Source of the DNA: Macrostomum hystrix
Lineage: Eukaryota; Animalia; Platyhelminthes
Length of the DNA: 64,000 nt
Assembly (NCBI GenBank): GCA_950097015.1
Contig: CATNEN010000008.1
Location: 372,001 to 436,000 of the forward strand
Reading direction: 5' to 3'
The translations under genes and the position numbers were made by a program. Under the pieces are notes generated by a model, which was given only the letters and a program-made list of their open reading frames with translations, ran no database searches and had not been told where the DNA came from. The first letter of the stretch is position 1; the number at the start of each line of letters is the position of its first letter. This document shows positions 60,501-64,000 of this stretch, piece after piece.

Positions 60501-63500
60501 AACCACACACCTGTACTATACTGACACAGCTAGCAACCACACACCTGTACAATACTGACACAGCTAGCAACCACACACCTGTACAATACTGACACAGCTA
60601 GCAACCACACACCTGTACTATACTGACTCAGCTAGCAACCACACACCTGTACTATACTGACACAGCTAGCAACCACACACCTGTACAATACTGACACAGC
60701 TAGCAACCACACACCTGTACTATACTGACACAGCTAGCAACCACACACCTGTACTATACTGACACAGCTAGCAACCACACACCTGTACTATACTTACACA
60801 GCTAGCAACCACACACCTGTACAATACTGACACAGCTAGCAACCACACACCTGTACCACACAGCTAGCAACCACACACCTGTACTATACTGACTCAGCTA
60901 GCAACCACACACCTGTACTATACTGACACAGCTAGCAACCACACACCTGTACAATACTGACACAGCTAGCAACCACACACCTGTACTATACTGACACAGC
61001 TAGCAACCACACACCTGTACTATACTGACACAGCTAGCAACCACACACCTGTACAATACTGACACAGCTAGCAACCACACACCTGTACTATACTGACACA
61101 GCTAGCAACCACACACCTGTACAATACTGACACAGCTGGCAACCACACACCTGTACTATACTGACACAGCTAGCAACCACACACCTGTACTATACTGACA
61201 CAGCTAGCAACCACACACCTGTACTATACTGACACAGCTAGCAACCACACACCTGTACCACACAGCTAGCAACCACACACCTGTACTATACTGACACAGC
61301 TAGCAACCACACACCTGTACTATACTGACACAGCTAGCAACCACACACCTGTACTATACTGACACAGCTAGCAACCACACACCTGTACCACACAGCTAGC
61401 AACCACACACCTGTACTATACTGACACAGCTAGCAACCACACACCTGTACTATACTGACACAGCTAGCAACCACACACCTGTACCACACAGCTAGCAACC
61501 ACACACCTGAACTATACTGACACAGCTAGCAACCACACACCTGAACAGCTGAAATAAAACCACGAGTCCCTGATTAATGAGTAGGGTCTCACAGGAATCC
61601 GTTGTTATTGACGCTACCAACTAGCTGTGCAGGAGCAATATCGGGAAATAAATTTTGAAAGATGGCATAGCTAACAATAGTGCACAGTAGCACCCAAATT
61701 GCCGGCACAACCCATCCAATGATGATGAAGATGTGATAGCTGCGGTTCGTGTGCTCATCGTTCATCACTAGGACTTTCCAGTAGTTTACGGCCTGAAATA
61801 TTGCAAATTGAAAATAGTAGAGCTTGGATAAGTGTCATGAATTGTTCTATGATTGGCTAGCAACTTTGACCAATCATAGAAAACAAGTTCTCCCTCACTT
61901 TCCCTGACCAATCAGGGCTTGCGGAGATCTCGCTCCTTCCACTCCCGCTTTTTCCCTCTGTGCATCTACCTGCGAGAGCATCCAGAAGAATTGGCAGAGA
62001 AAGAAGTAGGTCTGCAGCACACTGACTGCAATGCAGCGGTCATTGTTCTGCGACATGGAGTTCACCAGAATGCTGGACGGGCTGAGCGCCGCGTTCACTA
62101 TGTAGATGATCTGGCGGAATCGCATATGAAAAGCACCATGTGTCATTAGAAATTAGAAATTCATTATAATGATTAAGAAATTAAACTATACTTATTAACT
62201 GTATAGTACAACTCACATGAAATACAAACACAGCCACTAGCATGTGCAGTTGAAGGTGTGCCGAGAATTGAGATATATTCGACGCGAAGAAACAATTAGC
62301 CAATACGACAAATAAGTAGACGCACTGAAATGTAAGCGCGATTATATATAATGTGTTGAAGGGTAGGAATTTGGCTGAATCAGGCCGTGAGGTGGATGTA
62401 TTTGAGGGGTAGGAATTTGGCCGAGTCAGGGCGTGAGGTGGATCTAGTTGAGGGGTAGGAATTTGGACGAGTCAGGGCGTGAGGTGGATGTCGTTGAGGG
62501 GTAGGAATTTGGCCGAGTCAGGGCGTGAGTTGGATGTCGTTGAGGGGTAGGAATTTACCTGAGTCAGGGCGTGAGGTGGATGTCGTTGAGTGGTAGGAAT
62601 TTATCTGAGCCAGGGCGTGAGGTGGATGTAGTTGAGGGGTAAGAATCTGGCCGAGTCAGGGCGTGAGGTGGATGTCGTTGAAGGGTAGGAATTTGGCCGA
62701 GTCAGGGCGTGAGGTGGATGTATTTGAGGGGTAGGAATTTACCTGAGCCAGGGTGTGAGGTGGATGTAGTTGAGGGGTAGGAATTTGGCCGAGTCAGGGC
62801 GTGAGGTGGATGTCGTTGAGGGGTAGGAATTTGGACGAGTCAGGGCGTGAGGTGGATGTCGTTGAGGGGTAGGAATTTGGCCGAGTCAGGGCGTGAGGTG
62901 GATGTCGTTGAGGGGTAGGAATTTGGACGAGTCAGGGCGTGAGGTGGATGTCGTTGAGGGGTAGGAATTTACCTGAGTCAGGGCGTGAGGTGGATGTCGT
63001 TGAGGGGTAGGAATTTACCTGAGTCAGGGCGTGAGGTGGATGTCGTTGAGGGGTAGGAATTTACCTGAGTCAGGGCGTGAGGTGGATGTCGTTGAGGGGT
63101 AAGAATTTGGCCGAGTCAGGGCGTGAGGTGGGTGTCGTGGAAGGATAGGAATTTGGCCGAGTCAGGGCGTGAGGTGGGTGTTACGAAAGGGATCGACTCA
63201 GACGAAGACTCACAGCCGCAATGCCCATCGGTATATAGAACCACAAATTGTAGCCAACAAGACTGGCCGGATGCTTGTCGATCACTACAGCGTAAGCAGA
63301 CAGGTGGTTGCAGGAGCAGGACACAAAATCGTCCTGTCCAGCGTCCAGTCCTGCCTGATTGTCCACAGTGCACAGACCCGACTGCCAGTTCGTGCCACTC
63401 CAATAGGCGCATCTGGTTTTCATTTGTTTAAAAAAGGCATTTGTAGTTTTTTGCTTTTATTGTCTACTGACAGTAGAAATATAAGAGTAGAATTTTACCG

Positions 63501-63951
63501 TGCTCGACGATCGACCAACAGACGATTGTTATTGATAACCCTGAACTGAACAGGCGTACTAATCACTTCGTCCAGATTTTTGTTATCCAGGTTGAATGAA
63601 TAGATCTGCGAATCGTCGTGCCATAGTGTATAGGGATAATAAACAAAATCCTATAAATGAATATTTAAATTTACCGTGTTTGTGAGAATATCCAACGATG
63701 AAGCTTCGAACCACTGCGATGACTTGTAGACAGTAAACTGCACCTTCTGGCACTGCAATTTAAATGGGCTAATGAAACTTTATTCTACGAGAGGTTATAC
63801 GCTAAAATGGTAATACAAATTTTTAGGAAAAATGCTTCGAATCTACTTTAAGTAGTGCACGCGATAACTTACCGCACTGCTGTTGGAACCATCCGGCAGC
63901 AGTTTGCTGGGAAGCTTGAAGTAGGGCTCCCGGTTGCTGGCCAAATCGGTG
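57555..63951 (-). CDS. ADGRV1: Adhesion GPCR V1 (VLGR1/GPR98) orthologue, 3' part: GAIN/GPS, 7TM and tail; 5' part lies beyond the window end
   Basis: Exons 63951-63873, 63752-63675, 63605-63499, 63412-63214, 62324-62217, 62110-61970, 61792-61593, 59595-59438, 59297-59176, 58857-58603, 57962-57555. Motifs: GPS CSCNHL/SAY, VNYWKVLVMNDEHT, AYQVLPQWAMYDD, GGLHMAY, DFDELIYALK, C-terminal IADTHL. Confidence 0.93.
58940..59070. repeat. Two ~62-bp diverged tandem units with CCAAT motifs
   Basis: TTAGTAGCCAAT...GTTTTAGGGATAGAGAT occurs twice in an ADGRV1 intron. Confidence 0.8.
59660..61550. repeat. 34-bp minisatellite (CAGCTAGCAACCACACACCTGTACTATACTGACA), about 55 copies
   Basis: Direct tandem repetition filling an ADGRV1 intron; shorter ~23-bp units at the left edge. 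Confidence 0.97.
62355..63180. repeat. 46-bp G-rich minisatellite (GAGTCAGGGCGTGAGGTGGATGTCGTTGAGGGGTAGGAATTTGGCC), about 18 copies
   Basis: Direct tandem repetition in an ADGRV1 intron. Confidence 0.97.
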
Positions 63952-64000
63952 CTAAAAATAGATTTCATCCGACGTGCAAGTTTTGAAGCTATTTTAGAAA

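Overview
Eukaryotic (metazoan) genomic DNA with GC-rich exons, poly-Ala/Gln tracts and introns filled with minisatellites. This pattern suggests a Macrostomum-type flatworm (inference, not verified). Minus strand, left half: a large TPR gene (TTC6-like, at least 15 exons, running off the window start) lies 488 bp downstream of NOXRED1 in an operon-like geometry. One TTC6-like intron carries a probable antisense nested gene and a sense microprotein ORF. Centre: a CpG-depleted decayed-TE block, then two copies of the 25-aa ribosomal protein gene RPL41 (below the ORF-track cutoff). The two copies bracket a pair of unannotated paralogous type I membrane proteins whose helical ectodomain resembles, from memory, the rapunzel/SE-cephalotoxin family; this is the most novel-looking element. 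Plus strand, right half: UFL1, beta-tubulin, muskelin, EMRE, SNM1A and a CD225/dispanin-like gene. These converge on the 3' part (GAIN/GPS, 7TM, DTHL tail) of an ADGRV1 orthologue. About 19 unrelated minisatellite arrays cover roughly a fifth of the window. There are about 10 copies of one tRNA-derived SINE (several with target-site duplications) and two further dispersed repeat families. No CRISPR, rRNA or bona fide tRNA gene was found. Splice junctions were assigned by hand and need transcript confirmation.
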